Part shown: positions 1-8,577 of the stretch, piece after piece | Layout of the letters: every line of letters begins with the position of its first letter | Numbering within the stretch: the first letter of the stretch is position 1 | Source: an uncultured Schumannella sp. | GTDB lineage: Bacteria > Actinomycetota > Actinomycetes > Actinomycetales > Microbacteriaceae | DNA length: 40,582 nucleotides | Reading direction: 5' to 3' | Assembly: GCA_964497165.1 (NCBI GenBank) | Contig: CAZCEE010000001.1 | Location: 1-40,582, forward strand | Position numbers and translations under genes: made by a program | The notes under the pieces: generated by a model | The model's input: only the letters and a program-made list of their open reading frames with translations | Told to the model about the DNA's origin: nothing | Database searches by the model: none

Positions 1-2
1 GA

Positions 3-186
3 TCAGCGCGTGGCGTTCGCTCCGCGCGTCGGCCGGCTGAGCCGCGTCCGCGGGCGCAGGAGCCGAGCGACACCCCACACCGTGACCCGCAGCATCGCCT
101 CGGCGATGATCGCCTTGCTCATCTTCGAGGGTGCGCAGGGTCATGTCGATCTGGAAGCAATAGCCGCGGGAGTCGATCTCGTCGAG
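3..186 (-). pseudogene. Diverged second copy of the 3' end of the polyprenol-phosphate-mannose synthase gene, with a 62-bp internal deletion
   Basis: 3-128 aligns to 819-944 and 129-186 aligns to 1007-1064, with about 17 mismatches in 184 nt by manual count. Translates on the minus strand as LDEIDSRGYCFQIDMTLRT / SKMSKAIIAEAMLRVTVWGVARLLRPRTRLSRPTRGANATR*. No 5' part of the gene. Confidence 0.9.
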
Positions 187-218
187 TGCTTCCCGCCCCG
201 GATATCGGGCGTCGCGGC

Positions 219-224
219 TACCAT
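219..224 (+). promoter_or_regulatory. Putative -10 element (TACCAT) for leaderless antitoxin transcript
   Basis: TANNNT hexamer followed by 6 nt, then ATG at 231; no Shine-Dalgarno sequence. Confidence 0.55.
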
Positions 225-230
225 TGGCAC

Positions 231-452
231 ATGGTAGACAGCGCGCTCCTGGAGCAGGTGCTCCGGCTCGACGCCGAATCCCGGCGCGAGTTGATCCGCG
301 CCGTCGAGGGCTCGCTCGACTACGACGACGTTCTGCCGAACGTCCTCGCCGAGATCGACCGGCGCCTGGCCGAGATGGGTCCGGACGCGAGCCCGGACGC
401 GGTCCCTGCCGACGAGTTCCTGCGGCGCGTTCGCGCTCGTCGCAGCGCGTGA
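231..452 (+). CDS. Putative addiction-module antitoxin (73 aa)
   Basis: MVDSALLEQVLRLDAESRRELIRAVEGSL...LAEIDRRLAE...VPADEFLRRVRARR resembles the 'putative addiction module component' family. It is acidic and helical, and its stop overlaps the toxin start (GTGA at 449-452). Confidence 0.75.
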   Translation: MVDSALLEQVLRLDAESRRELIRAVEGSLDYDDVLPNVLAEIDRRLAEMGPDASPDAVPADEFLRRVRARRSA

Positions 453-751
453 CCGTTTACGTCCTCTTTTATCGCGAAGCACAACGGGACATCCAGGAGA
501 TCGAGGCGTACCTCGACGCCAACGCGCCGGATCAGACGGAGCGCTTCCTCGACGATCTTGAGGCGGCGATTGCCGGTATCGCAGAGCATCCGCTACTGCG
601 CCCTGAGGTGCGGCCCGGGGTTCGCCACGAGAGCATGACCGTGTTCCGGTACCACCTCTGGTATCGGGTGCTCCCGGAAATCGAGCACGCCGAAGTCTTC
701 GCTGTGCTGCACCACAGCCGCGGGCCGAGATCGCTCGAAGGCCGGCTGTAG
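449..751 (+). CDS. RelE/ParE-family type II toxin (100 aa)
   Basis: MTVYVLFYREAQRDIQEIEAYL...RFLDDLEAAIAGIAEHP...FRYHLWYRV...VFAVLHHSR is a typical ParE/RelE pattern; translationally coupled to the antitoxin. Confidence 0.85.
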   Translation: MTVYVLFYREAQRDIQEIEAYLDANAPDQTERFLDDLEAAIAGIAEHPLLRPEVRPGVRHESMTVFRYHLWYRVLPEIEHAEVFAVLHHSRGPRSLEGRL

Positions 752-818
752 TCAGAGCCCTGGCCTCAGGCTCGGCTGCGGGCGCTCGTGCGACTGCTCC
801 GCCGAATGCGGGGGCGGC

Positions 819-1604
819 TCAGCGCGTGGCGTTCTCTCCGCGCGTCGGCCGGCTGACCCGCGTCCGCGGGCGCAGAGCCCGGGTCATACCCCACACGGTG
901 ACCCGCAGCATCGCCTCGAGCACGATCGCCTTGCTCATCTTCGACCGGCCCGCGGTGCGTTCCCGGAACTCGATCGGACGCTCGACGATGCGCCAGCCCG
1001 CGTCGAGCGTGCGCAGGGTCATGTCGATCTGGAAGCAGTAGCCGCGCGAGTCGATCTCGTCGAGGGGAAGGTCGCGCAGCACGACGGCCCGGTAGGCACG
1101 GTAGCCCGCGGTGACGTCGCGAACGTCGAGCCGCAACATCGCGCGGGCGTACGCGTTGCCGGCGCGGCTCAGCAGGCGCCGTCCGGCGGCCCAATCGGCG
1201 AGCCCGCCCCCCGGCACGTAGCGCGAACCGATCGCGAGCCCCACGCCGGGATCTTCGGCGAGGGCGGCGAGCAGGGCGGGCAGAGCGGATGCCGGATGCG
1301 AGCCGTCGGCATCCATCTCGACGATCACGTCGTAGCCACGGTCGAGGGCGACCCGGAACCCGGCAACGTACGCGCGCCCGAGTCCCTGCTTGCCCGAGCG
1401 GTGCAGCACCGTCACGCGGGGGTCGGCGGCAGCAAGGGTGTCGGCGATTGCCCCGGTGCCGTCGGGGCTCGCGTCGTCGACGACGAGCACGTGCGCGTCG
1501 GGGGTCGCGGCGAGAATCGACGCGACGGTGTCGGCGAGACTCCCCGCCTCGTTGTAGGTGGGGGTGACGATCAACACGCGAGGTGTGCTCGCGTCGTCCG
1601 GCAT
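819..1604 (-). CDS. ppm1: Polyprenol monophosphomannose synthase (GT2, DPM1-like)
   Basis: Motifs PTYNEA, VVDDASPDGTG, GLGRAY, EMDADGSH, GSRYVPGG, GYCFQIDMT, FRERTAGRSKMS. Start placed at ATG 1604 because TAGGAT lies 7 nt upstream; ATG 1613 is an alternative. Confidence 0.88.
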   Translation of the reverse strand: MPDDASTPRVLIVTPTYNEAGSLADTVASILAATPDAHVLVVDDASPDGTGAIADTLAAADPRVTVLHRSGKQGLGRAYVAGFRVALDRGYDVIVEMDADGSHPASALPALLAALAEDPGVGLAIGSRYVPGGGLADWAAGRRLLSRAGNAYARAMLRLDVRDVTAGYRAYRAVVLRDLPLDEIDSRGYCFQIDMTLRTLDAGWRIVERPIEFRERTAGRSKMSKAIVLEAMLRVTVWGMTRALRPRTRVSRPTRGENATR

Positions 1605-1611
1605 GACCGAC

Positions 1612-1621
1612 ATCCTAGGCT
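1612..1621. promoter_or_regulatory. Bidirectional promoter with overlapping -10 elements (TAGGAT on -, TAGGCT on +) for ppm1 and birA
   Basis: CAT-N7-ATCC-TA-GGCT-N7-ATG: each hexamer sits 7 nt from a divergent start codon. Confidence 0.65.
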
Positions 1622-1628
1622 CGGAGCC

Positions 1629-2387
1629 ATGGACTACCCGCTCAGCCGCTCGGTCGTCCCCGAACTCCGTGTCGTGGCGTCGTCGCCGTCGACCAACAGC
1701 GAGCTGCTCGCCCTCGCGGCGGATCCCGCGGTGCCGTCGTTCACGGCGTTGCTCACGCTCGACCAGACGGCGGGCCGCGGCCGACTCGACCGGTCCTGGG
1801 TCGCACCGGCCGGAACCGCTCTCGCGCTCTCGGTTCTCGTGCGCGATGCGTTGCGGCATCCTCTCGCCTCATGGCTGCCGTTGCTCGCCGGCCTCACGCT
1901 CGCTGAAGCGCTCGACGAGGTTGCGCCGGGTCGCGTCGCCGTGAAATGGCCCAACGACCTGCTGCTCGACGGCCGCAAGGTGTGCGGCATCCTGGTCGAA
2001 GTCGCGCCGGGGGGCCGGGATGCCGTCATCGGGTCGGGTCTCAACCTCGCCCAAACGGCGGCCGAGCTTCCGGTCGACACCGCGACGTCGCTCGCGCTCG
2101 CCGGGGTGCCTCTCGTGCCCGGGCAACTCGACACCGTCGTAGCGAGTTACCTCGGCCGTCTGCGCAACGAGCTCGAGGCTCCCGGGCCGGTCTCGCGGTT
2201 GCGGGAGCGGGTTGTGGCCCGGTGCGCGACGGTGGGGGCGCGCGTGCGGGTCGCCCTCGCCGACGGCTCGACGCTCGTCGGCACGGCGACAGGAATCGAT
2301 GTGACGGGCCGCCTCGAGGTAGCCCCGGATGATGGGGATGCCGTGGTCGTCGCGGTGGGGGATGTCACGCACGTGCGATCGGCCTGA
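1629..2387 (+). CDS. birA: Biotin--[acetyl-CoA carboxylase] ligase (no N-terminal HTH)
   Basis: Motifs STNSEL, QTAGRGR, KWPNDL, RKVCGILVE, GSGLN, C-terminal GDVTHVR. Confidence 0.92.
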   Translation: MDYPLSRSVVPELRVVASSPSTNSELLALAADPAVPSFTALLTLDQTAGRGRLDRSWVAPAGTALALSVLVRDALRHPLASWLPLLAGLTLAEALDEVAPGRVAVKWPNDLLLDGRKVCGILVEVAPGGRDAVIGSGLNLAQTAAELPVDTATSLALAGVPLVPGQLDTVVASYLGRLRNELEAPGPVSRLRERVVARCATVGARVRVALADGSTLVGTATGIDVTGRLEVAPDDGDAVVVAVGDVTHVRSA

Positions 2388-2400
2388 CCTATTGCCCGAG

Positions 2401-2418
2401 GGTATGAAAGGTTATACT
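2401..2418 (+). promoter_or_regulatory. Imperfect palindromic operator overlapping the -10 (TATACT) of the antitoxin-toxin operon
   Basis: GGTATGAAAGGTTATACT contains GTATnA...TnATAC inverted half-sites; TATACT (2413-2418) is 6 nt from ATG 2425. Confidence 0.6.
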
Positions 2419-2424
2419 CGCTTT

Positions 2425-2670
2425 ATGAAGACGGCGATCTCGGTTCCCGATGGAGACTTCGAGCGGTTCGAGAGAATCGCCGCGCGCCACGGCATGAATC
2501 GGTCGGAGTTCTTCCGCCTGGCTGGTCACCGCCTGGCCGACGAACTGGAAGGCGAAGCAGAGCTGACCGCGGTGGCGAACGCCGTGATCGCGCGCGTCGG
2601 TCAACCCTCCGGCGACGGGCTGTTCCAGCGCGAATCAGAGCGCACGATGCGCGACAACACCGAATGGTGA
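2425..2670 (+). CDS. Ribbon-helix-helix (CopG-like) antitoxin
   Basis: MKTAISVPDGDFERFERIAARHGMNRSEFFRLA is an RHH signature; it overlaps the toxin start. Confidence 0.85.
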   Translation: MKTAISVPDGDFERFERIAARHGMNRSEFFRLAGHRLADELEGEAELTAVANAVIARVGQPSGDGLFQRESERTMRDNTEW

Positions 2671-3011
2671 TTCGCCACGGCGACGTGGTGTGGGTGGATT
2701 TCGGCTCGCCGCGCGGCTCGGAACCCGCGAAGCGGCGTCCGGCGATCGTGATGCAGGAGGACTGGTTGCTCGCGACGGACATCGGAACCGTGCTGGTGGT
2801 GCCCCTGACATCGAACACCGCGCTGGAGGCGTTCCCGGGCAACGTGCTCGTGCCGGTGGAGGCGTCAGGGCTCGACAAGGACTCCGTGGCCGTGGTTTCG
2901 CAGTTCGGCCCGGTCAGTCGGGAATTTCTCGATCCGTACGCCGCCGGTCATCTGCCCGGATATCTGGTGACGAAGGTGGCCGCCGGCGTGCGGCTGGTTG
3001 CGGGCATCTGA
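2664..3011 (+). CDS. mazF: PemK/MazF-family endoribonuclease toxin
   Basis: GDVVWVDFGSPRGSEPAKRRPAIVMQ...VVPLTSN...PGNVLV...GLDKDSVA; the catalytic Arg and Thr positions are retained. Confidence 0.9.
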   Translation: MVIRHGDVVWVDFGSPRGSEPAKRRPAIVMQEDWLLATDIGTVLVVPLTSNTALEAFPGNVLVPVEASGLDKDSVAVVSQFGPVSREFLDPYAAGHLPGYLVTKVAAGVRLVAGI

Positions 3012-3023
3012 GTCGCCCGCGGT

Positions 3024-3605
3024 TCAGTCGTGTGAAGTGAGGGGGCGAGTGGGGCCGTCGGCATCCTTCGACGCCTCGGCGTCATCCTCAAAGATTGCGA
3101 GCGCCGCGGCCTCGGCTTTGTGATCGCGCGCCGACAGACCGTCCTTGCGGTGGTGCCCATAGACCCAGAAGCGGTAGAGCAGGAAGCGGAACGTCGTGCC
3201 GAGCACGAGCCCGACCCCGTTGGCGGCGATGTTGTCGGCCAGGAGGTTGTCGAAGCCGAGCACGTAATGCGACACCCAGAGACAGAGGAGGCCGATCAGG
3301 AGCCCTCCAGCCGCGACCGCCGAGAACTCCATCAGCTCGAGCAGGTAGTTCTCGCGGCGGTGCTCACGAAAAGTCCAGTAGCGGTTGCCGAACCAGGTCA
3401 CGAGGACCGCGACCGTGACCGACAGCACCTTGGCGCCGATCGGGCCCTGCAGTACGTGGCCATCGCCGAATGCCCCGAGGCGAAGAGCGTTGAACAGGCC
3501 GACGTCGACGACATAGCCGACCAGCCCCACGACGCCGAACTTGAGCGCATACCGAACCAGGCGGTCCCAGGTCAGCCGCGCGAGGTCGACGAGCCGGGCG
3601 ATCAC
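3024..3605 (-). CDS. GtrA-family membrane protein (putative lipid-linked sugar flippase)
   Basis: KFGVVGLVGYVVDVGLFNAL...NRYWTF...FRFLLYRFWVY; four hydrophobic segments. Confidence 0.85.
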   Translation of the reverse strand: MIARLVDLARLTWDRLVRYALKFGVVGLVGYVVDVGLFNALRLGAFGDGHVLQGPIGAKVLSVTVAVLVTWFGNRYWTFREHRRENYLLELMEFSAVAAGGLLIGLLCLWVSHYVLGFDNLLADNIAANGVGLVLGTTFRFLLYRFWVYGHHRKDGLSARDHKAEAAALAIFEDDAEASKDADGPTRPLTSHD

Positions 3606-3611
3606 GTGAGC

Positions 3612-3617
3612 AGCCTA
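3612..3617 (-). promoter_or_regulatory. Putative -10 (TAGGCT), leaderless GtrA-family gene
   Basis: TAGGCT-N6-GTG (start 3605) on the minus strand. Confidence 0.55.
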
Positions 3618-3646
3618 AGCGCAGCCCGGGCGCACACCGTGACGCC

Positions 3647-3652
3647 TAGGCT
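3647..3652 (+). promoter_or_regulatory. Putative -10 (TAGGCT), leaderless purK
   Basis: TAGGCT-N6-GTG (start 3659). Confidence 0.55.
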
Positions 3653-3658
3653 GGCTGG

Positions 3659-4771
3659 GTGGGCTCAGTCATCGGCGTGATCGGTGGCGGGCAGCTTGCC
3701 CGGATGATGATGCCCCCGGCCGTCGCGCTCGGATGGGAACTGCGGGTCCTCGCCGAAGCCGAGGGTTCATCGGCCGCACTGGCTGCTACTGCGGTCGGCG
3801 ACTATCGGGATTCCGACACCGTCCTCGCCTTCGCCCGTGAGACAGATGTCGTCACCTTCGACCACGAGCACGTGCCGCAGGACGTGCTGGCGCGCCTGGT
3901 CGCGGCGGGCATCACGGTGCGGCCCCGTCCCGAGGCGCTCGAGCTGGCGCAAGACAAGCTCGTCATGCGTCAACGGCTCAGCGCCCTCGGCGTCCCGGTG
4001 CCCGCATGGGCGGAGATCCGCGACCGGCAAAGCCTTTCCGCGTTCCTCGACGCGCACGGCGGAGCGGCCGTCGTGAAGACCCCGCGCGGTGGCTACGACG
4101 GCAAAGGCGTGCGCGTCGTACGAGCTCCCGGCGAGGCCGACGACTGGCTGGCCGACGGACCGCTGCTCGCCGAGGAGCTTGTCGACTTCCGGCGCGAACT
4201 CGCGCAACTCGTCGCCCGACGCCCGTCGGGTGAGGTCGCCGCCTGGCCGCTCGCCGAAACGGTGCAGCGTGACGGGGTGTGCGCAGAAGTCATCGCCCCG
4301 GCACCTCGAGCGGGCACCTTGCTCGATGAGGCACGTGCACTCGCGGTGACCATCGCCGAGGGGCTCGACGTGACCGGGGTACTCGCCGTCGAACTGTTCG
4401 AGACCGCCGATGGCCGATTGCTGGTCAACGAGCTCGCGATGCGCCCCCACAACAGCGGTCACTGGACGATCGACGGCGCCGTCACCAGCCAGTTCGAGCA
4501 GCACTTGCGCGCCGTCCTCGATCTGCCGCTCGGCGCCACCACACCGCTCGCGCCCCTCAGTGTCATGGTCAACGTGCTCGGCGGACCGGCGGTCGCGACC
4601 ATGCCCGACCGCTATCCGGAGGCGCTCGCCGCCCACCCTGACGTGAAGTTCCACTCCTATGGCAAGACCTCGCGCCCCGGCCGCAAGGTCGGCCACGTCA
4701 CCGCCACGGGGACCGATCTCGCGGACGTCCGGGCTCGGGCGCGTGCCGCGGCAGCCTTCTTCGAGGCCTGA
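3659..4771 (+). CDS. purK: 5-(carboxyamino)imidazole ribonucleotide synthase
   Basis: Motifs IGGGQLARM, TFDHEHVP, QDKLVMR, GGYDGKG, NELAMRPHNSGHWT, SQFEQHLRA, RKVGHV. Confidence 0.97.
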   Translation: MGSVIGVIGGGQLARMMMPPAVALGWELRVLAEAEGSSAALAATAVGDYRDSDTVLAFARETDVVTFDHEHVPQDVLARLVAAGITVRPRPEALELAQDKLVMRQRLSALGVPVPAWAEIRDRQSLSAFLDAHGGAAVVKTPRGGYDGKGVRVVRAPGEADDWLADGPLLAEELVDFRRELAQLVARRPSGEVAAWPLAETVQRDGVCAEVIAPAPRAGTLLDEARALAVTIAEGLDVTGVLAVELFETADGRLLVNELAMRPHNSGHWTIDGAVTSQFEQHLRAVLDLPLGATTPLAPLSVMVNVLGGPAVATMPDRYPEALAAHPDVKFHSYGKTSRPGRKVGHVTATGTDLADVRARARAAAAFFEA

Positions 4772-4775
4772 GCCA

Positions 4776-4781
4776 TAGCAT
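4776..4781 (+). promoter_or_regulatory. Putative -10 (TAGCAT), leaderless purE
   Basis: TAGCAT-N6-GTG (start 4788) within the 16-nt purK-purE gap. Confidence 0.5.
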
Positions 4782-4787
4782 GGCGCC

Positions 4788-5279
4788 GTGCCTCCGCTCG
4801 TCGCCGTCGTCATGGGATCGGACTCCGACCTCCCCGTCATGAACGACGCCGTCGCGGCCCTGACCGAATTCGGCATCCCGCACGAGGTGAAAATCGTCTC
4901 AGCGCACCGCACCCCCCGCGCGATGATCGACTTCGCCGCAGAGGCGGCAGGGCGTGGCATCCGAGTCATCATCGCCGGTGCCGGGGGCGCCGCGCACCTT
5001 CCCGGGATGATCGCCTCGGTCACGACTCTGCCGGTGATCGGCGTGCCTGTTCCGCTCAAGAACCTCGACGGCCTCGATTCGCTGCTTTCGATCGTGCAGA
5101 TGCCGGCGGGCATCCCGGTTGCGACCGTCGCGATCGGCAACGCCCGCAACGCTGGCATCCTCGCGGCTCGCATCCTCGCCGTCTCGGACGACGCACTCAC
5201 CGCAAAGCTCGTCGACTTCGCGGCAGGGCTTGAGAGCATGGTCGCTGAGAAAAACGCGCGCCTCGCAGACGGCTCGTGA
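4788..5279 (+). CDS. purE: N5-carboxyaminoimidazole ribonucleotide mutase
   Basis: Motifs [46 protein letters not shown]. Confidence 0.98.
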   Translation: MPPLVAVVMGSDSDLPVMNDAVAALTEFGIPHEVKIVSAHRTPRAMIDFAAEAAGRGIRVIIAGAGGAAHLPGMIASVTTLPVIGVPVPLKNLDGLDSLLSIVQMPAGIPVATVAIGNARNAGILAARILAVSDDALTAKLVDFAAGLESMVAEKNARLADGS

Positions 5280-6637
5280 GCCAGGCCACCTCCACGGTCC
5301 GCGATCCGGACCTCCGCTCGCCTCGATTCATGTCGCGGCGCGGCTGGTGGCTCGTCGTGCTCAACCTGCTCATCCCCGGTTCCGCGCAGGTACTGGCGGG
5401 CGACCGACGGCTGGGGCGGTTCGGGCTCGGCGCGACCCTGCTGTTCTGGCTGTTGCTCGCCGCCTCGATCGTGCTCGCTCTCGCCGCGCGTGGTGTCCTG
5501 CTGACGATCGTGACGTTCACCCCCGCCCTCGTGGGGCTCACGGTCGTCGCCGGCTTCTATATGGTGCTGTGGATCGTGCTCACCCTCGACACGCTGCGAC
5601 TCGTGCGCTTCGTGCGGCTCGCGCCGCGGGCGCGCGGCCTCGTCGCCGGAGTCGGCGTGCTTTCACTTGTCGTGTCACTCGCCGGGGGTGGGTTCGTCGT
5701 CGCCAACTCGGTCGCGGCGATCGGGCTGCTCGGCATCTTCGCCCCCGGCGCCTCGGAGCCGCCCGTCGACGGCAGGTACAACATCCTGCTGCTCGGTGGC
5801 GATGCCGGGCCCGACCGCCTCGGGCTGCGCCCCGACAGCATCTCGGTCGTCAGCATCGAAGCGGCGACCGGGGCGGCGACGATCTTCGGGATCCCGCGCA
5901 ACATGGAGGACGTGCCGTTCGCCGCGGACTCTCCGCTGTGGGGCGACTTCCCGAACGGATACAACTGCGGCACCGAGTGCCTCGTCAGCTACCTCTACAC
6001 GTATGGCGAGGAGCATCCCGACCTCTACCCGGATGCTGAGGCGCAGGGCAGTCGACCCGGAATCGAGGCGATGCGCGACGCCGCCGAAGGCATCCTCGGT
6101 CTCGAGATCCCGTACTACGTGCTCATCGATATGCAGGGCTTCGCACTCCTGATCGACACCCTCGGCGGAGTCGAGATCGAGGTGACCGAGCGCGTTCCGC
6201 TCGGGTCGAACACGTTCGACGACGGCAGCCCGGCCGACCCGATCGGGTACATCGAACCCGGGCTGCAGCGGATGGATGGGCAGACCGCCCTCTGGTACGC
6301 CCGGTCACGCTACGGCACCACCGACTACGAGCGGATGGAGCGCCAGCGCCAGGTGCAGGAGGCGATCCTGCGCCAGATGGACCCGTCGAACGTGCTGCTG
6401 AAGTTCCAGGGGATCGCGCAGGCCGGATCGCAGGTCGTCTCGACCGACGTCCCGCAGTCGATGCTCGCCTACTTCGTCGAGCTCGGCGCGAAGACGAAAG
6501 AGCTGCCGCTCACGAAGGTCGACTTCGTCCCGCCGCTCATCGACGACGTGGCGCAGCCCGACTTCGCGCTCATCCAGGCGACCGTCGACGCGGCGCTCGT
6601 GCCGTACACACCGCCGCCCACCGATCCCGCGCGGTGA
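5276..6637 (+). CDS. LCP (LytR-CpsA-Psr) glycopolymer-peptidoglycan ligase
   Basis: N-terminal TM segments, then [38 protein letters not shown]. Confidence 0.92.
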   Translation: MSQATSTVRDPDLRSPRFMSRRGWWLVVLNLLIPGSAQVLAGDRRLGRFGLGATLLFWLLLAASIVLALAARGVLLTIVTFTPALVGLTVVAGFYMVLWIVLTLDTLRLVRFVRLAPRARGLVAGVGVLSLVVSLAGGGFVVANSVAAIGLLGIFAPGASEPPVDGRYNILLLGGDAGPDRLGLRPDSISVVSIEAATGAATIFGIPRNMEDVPFAADSPLWGDFPNGYNCGTECLVSYLYTYGEEHPDLYPDAEAQGSRPGIEAMRDAAEGILGLEIPYYVLIDMQGFALLIDTLGGVEIEVTERVPLGSNTFDDGSPADPIGYIEPGLQRMDGQTALWYARSRYGTTDYERMERQRQVQEAILRQMDPSNVLLKFQGIAQAGSQVVSTDVPQSMLAYFVELGAKTKELPLTKVDFVPPLIDDVAQPDFALIQATVDAALVPYTPPPTDPAR

Positions 6638-7732
6638 TCAGAGGTCGGCGTGCAGTTGCCAGACCTTCTCGGCGGCATCCCGCCAGGTGAACGCCTTGGC
6701 GCGGTCTTGGGCCGCGACGCTGAGTCGCGCCCGTGCGGACTCGTCGTCGAACAGGCTGCCGATCGCATCGGCGAGGTTCGCCGCATAGCCGTCGCCCCTC
6801 TCGACGAGCACCGCGGCGTCGGCCGTGACCTCGGCGATCGCCGACAGATCAGTTGCGACGACGGGGATGCCGAGCGCGATCGCGTCGAGAAGCGTGGCCG
6901 ACGGTCCGGCCGCGACGCTCGGCAGTATGAACACGGCGGCGCCCGCGAGAATCCCAGCGCGATCGCTGGCGCTCGCATCCTCGATCACGGTGAACTCGTC
7001 GGCCCCTTCGATTGTCGCGGCGTTGCCTGCGGCGGTGAGCAGCACGATCGGAAGGCCGCCGGCCGCGCCCGCCGCGAGGTCGGCGAACCCGTTGAGGGGG
7101 TCGTCCTCAACGACGCCGACCACATACCGCTCGGGGAGCTCGTGAGCGGTGCGGCGGGCGTCGGCGTCAGCGGGCACGATGAGCGTCGTGCTCGGCGCGG
7201 CTCCGATGACGCGCACGCGGTCCGCGAGGTCGAGGTGCTCTTCGAGGTCTGCGGCAACCGCGTGGCTCGGCACAACGACGGCGTCGGCGTGGCGTTCCGC
7301 TCGGCGGCCCATCGCCTTCGTCCAGGACACCACTCGCGGCGGCAACAACTCGGGATGCGTCCACGCGATTGCGTCGTGGATCGTCACGATGGTCTGCTCA
7401 CCGGGTGCGAACGAGCGATCGTGCCGACGTAAGGGTGCGAACAGGCTCGTCGCGTGCACCATTCCGGTGCCGGGCAACGCCGTGAAACCGTGCTGCCAAG
7501 CCGCGGCGAGTTGGCGGCGGGTGAGCGCGCTCTTGTGCAGCCGCCGCAGACCGGGGAGGAGTTCGCGGATGCGCGCGTAGTCACCTTCGAGCGAAGCCGC
7601 CACGACGCCGGCGACGTCGCTCCCGCGGGGCGCCGCCTGGATGAGGGCGCGGGCGAGATCTTCGGTGTAGCGAGAGACCGGTCCGCCGCCGGGCAGGAGG
7701 ATGTCGTCCACGATGACGCGAAGAGTGCTCAT
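6638..7732 (-). CDS. Glycosyltransferase family 4 (GT-B fold)
   Basis: VSRYTEDLARAL, TIHDAIAWTHPE, AVVVPSHAVA, GIPVVATD, FTWRDAAEKVWQLH. Start at ATG 7732 via ATGA overlap with rmlD. Confidence 0.85.
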   Translation of the reverse strand: MSTLRVIVDDILLPGGGPVSRYTEDLARALIQAAPRGSDVAGVVAASLEGDYARIRELLPGLRRLHKSALTRRQLAAAWQHGFTALPGTGMVHATSLFAPLRRHDRSFAPGEQTIVTIHDAIAWTHPELLPPRVVSWTKAMGRRAERHADAVVVPSHAVAADLEEHLDLADRVRVIGAAPSTTLIVPADADARRTAHELPERYVVGVVEDDPLNGFADLAAGAAGGLPIVLLTAAGNAATIEGADEFTVIEDASASDRAGILAGAAVFILPSVAAGPSATLLDAIALGIPVVATDLSAIAEVTADAAVLVERGDGYAANLADAIGSLFDDESARARLSVAAQDRAKAFTWRDAAEKVWQLHADL

Positions 7733-8577
7733 GCGGCTCTCAGAGCTCCTTCGGAGATCGCGGCGCGGAGCGCGTCTCGCCATGGACGCGGCGCGGGGAG
7801 TCCAGCCGCGCCCCAGGCGGCGTGGCCGAGCACGGAGTATGAGGGCCGCGGGGCAGGGCGAACGAAAGCGGCAGAGCCGGTCGGGCGAATGCGCTCCGGG
7901 TCGAGGCCGGAGAGCTCGAAAACGGCACGGGCGAACTCGAACCAGCTCGCTCGCCCCGAGTTGGTGCCGTGGTAGGTGCCGGCGGGGGCGGCCCCGTCGA
8001 GCAGACGCACGATGGCCGCCGCGAGGTCGACGGTCCAGGTCGGCTGCCCGACCTGGTCGGTCACGACGTCGATCGTGTCGCGCTCGCCCGCGAGGCGGAG
8101 CATCGTCCGGGGGAAGCACGGGCCGTGCTCCCCATAGAGCCAGGCGGTCCGCACGATGTGGGGCGAGGGGTGCGCGGCGAGGACGAGCAGTTCGCCCTGC
8201 GCCTTGGTGCGCCCGTACGCGCCGAGGGGTGAGAGCGGCGTGTCTTCGGCGTATGGCTCCGTCGCCGACCCGTCGAACACGTAGTCGGTCGAGACCTGCA
8301 CGAATACCGCTCCGGCGGCGGCGGCTCCGGCTGCCGCGTTGGCCGCACCGACCGCGTTGACGGCGTGTGCCGTGCCTTCTTCGGATTCCGCGTCGTCGAC
8401 TCGGGTGTAGGCCGCCGCGTTGATGACCGCGTCGGCGCCGGCCACGGCATCCCGTACCGCATCGGCGTCGGTCACGTCGAGGTCGGCGCGCCCGAGAGAC
8501 AGCACGTCGCGGCCGGCCAGCGCCTGCGTGAGGTCGCGACCGAGCATCCCGTGACCGCCGAGCACGACGTAGCGCAT
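7729..8577 (-). CDS. rmlD: dTDP-4-dehydrorhamnose reductase
   Basis: GGHGMLG, NAAAYTRVD, STDYVFDG, YGRTK, RTAWLYG, DQVGQPT, RPAPRPSYS. TGATG overlap with rmlB. Confidence 0.95.
   Translation of the reverse strand: MRYVVLGGHGMLGRDLTQALAGRDVLSLGRADLDVTDADAVRDAVAGADAVINAAAYTRVDDAESEEGTAHAVNAVGAANAAAGAAAAGAVFVQVSTDYVFDGSATEPYAEDTPLSPLGAYGRTKAQGELLVLAAHPSPHIVRTAWLYGEHGPCFPRTMLRLAGERDTIDVVTDQVGQPTWTVDLAAAIVRLLDGAAPAGTYHGTNSGRASWFEFARAVFELSGLDPERIRPTGSAAFVRPAPRPSYSVLGHAAWGAAGLPAPRPWRDALRAAISEGALRAA

Noticed and set aside
10-237. 75-aa plus-strand ORF similar to 826-1041
   Set aside because: The similarity only reflects the antisense of the duplicated ppm1 tail.
1296-1859. Extended N-termini of birA (1296) and ppm1 (1859)
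   Set aside because: They would overlap head-to-head by hundreds of bases; family motifs and the symmetric promoter support starts at 1629 and 1604.
3767-5239. 490-aa antisense ORF over purK/purE
   Set aside because: Shadow frame of well-conserved genes in high-GC DNA; no recognisable motifs.
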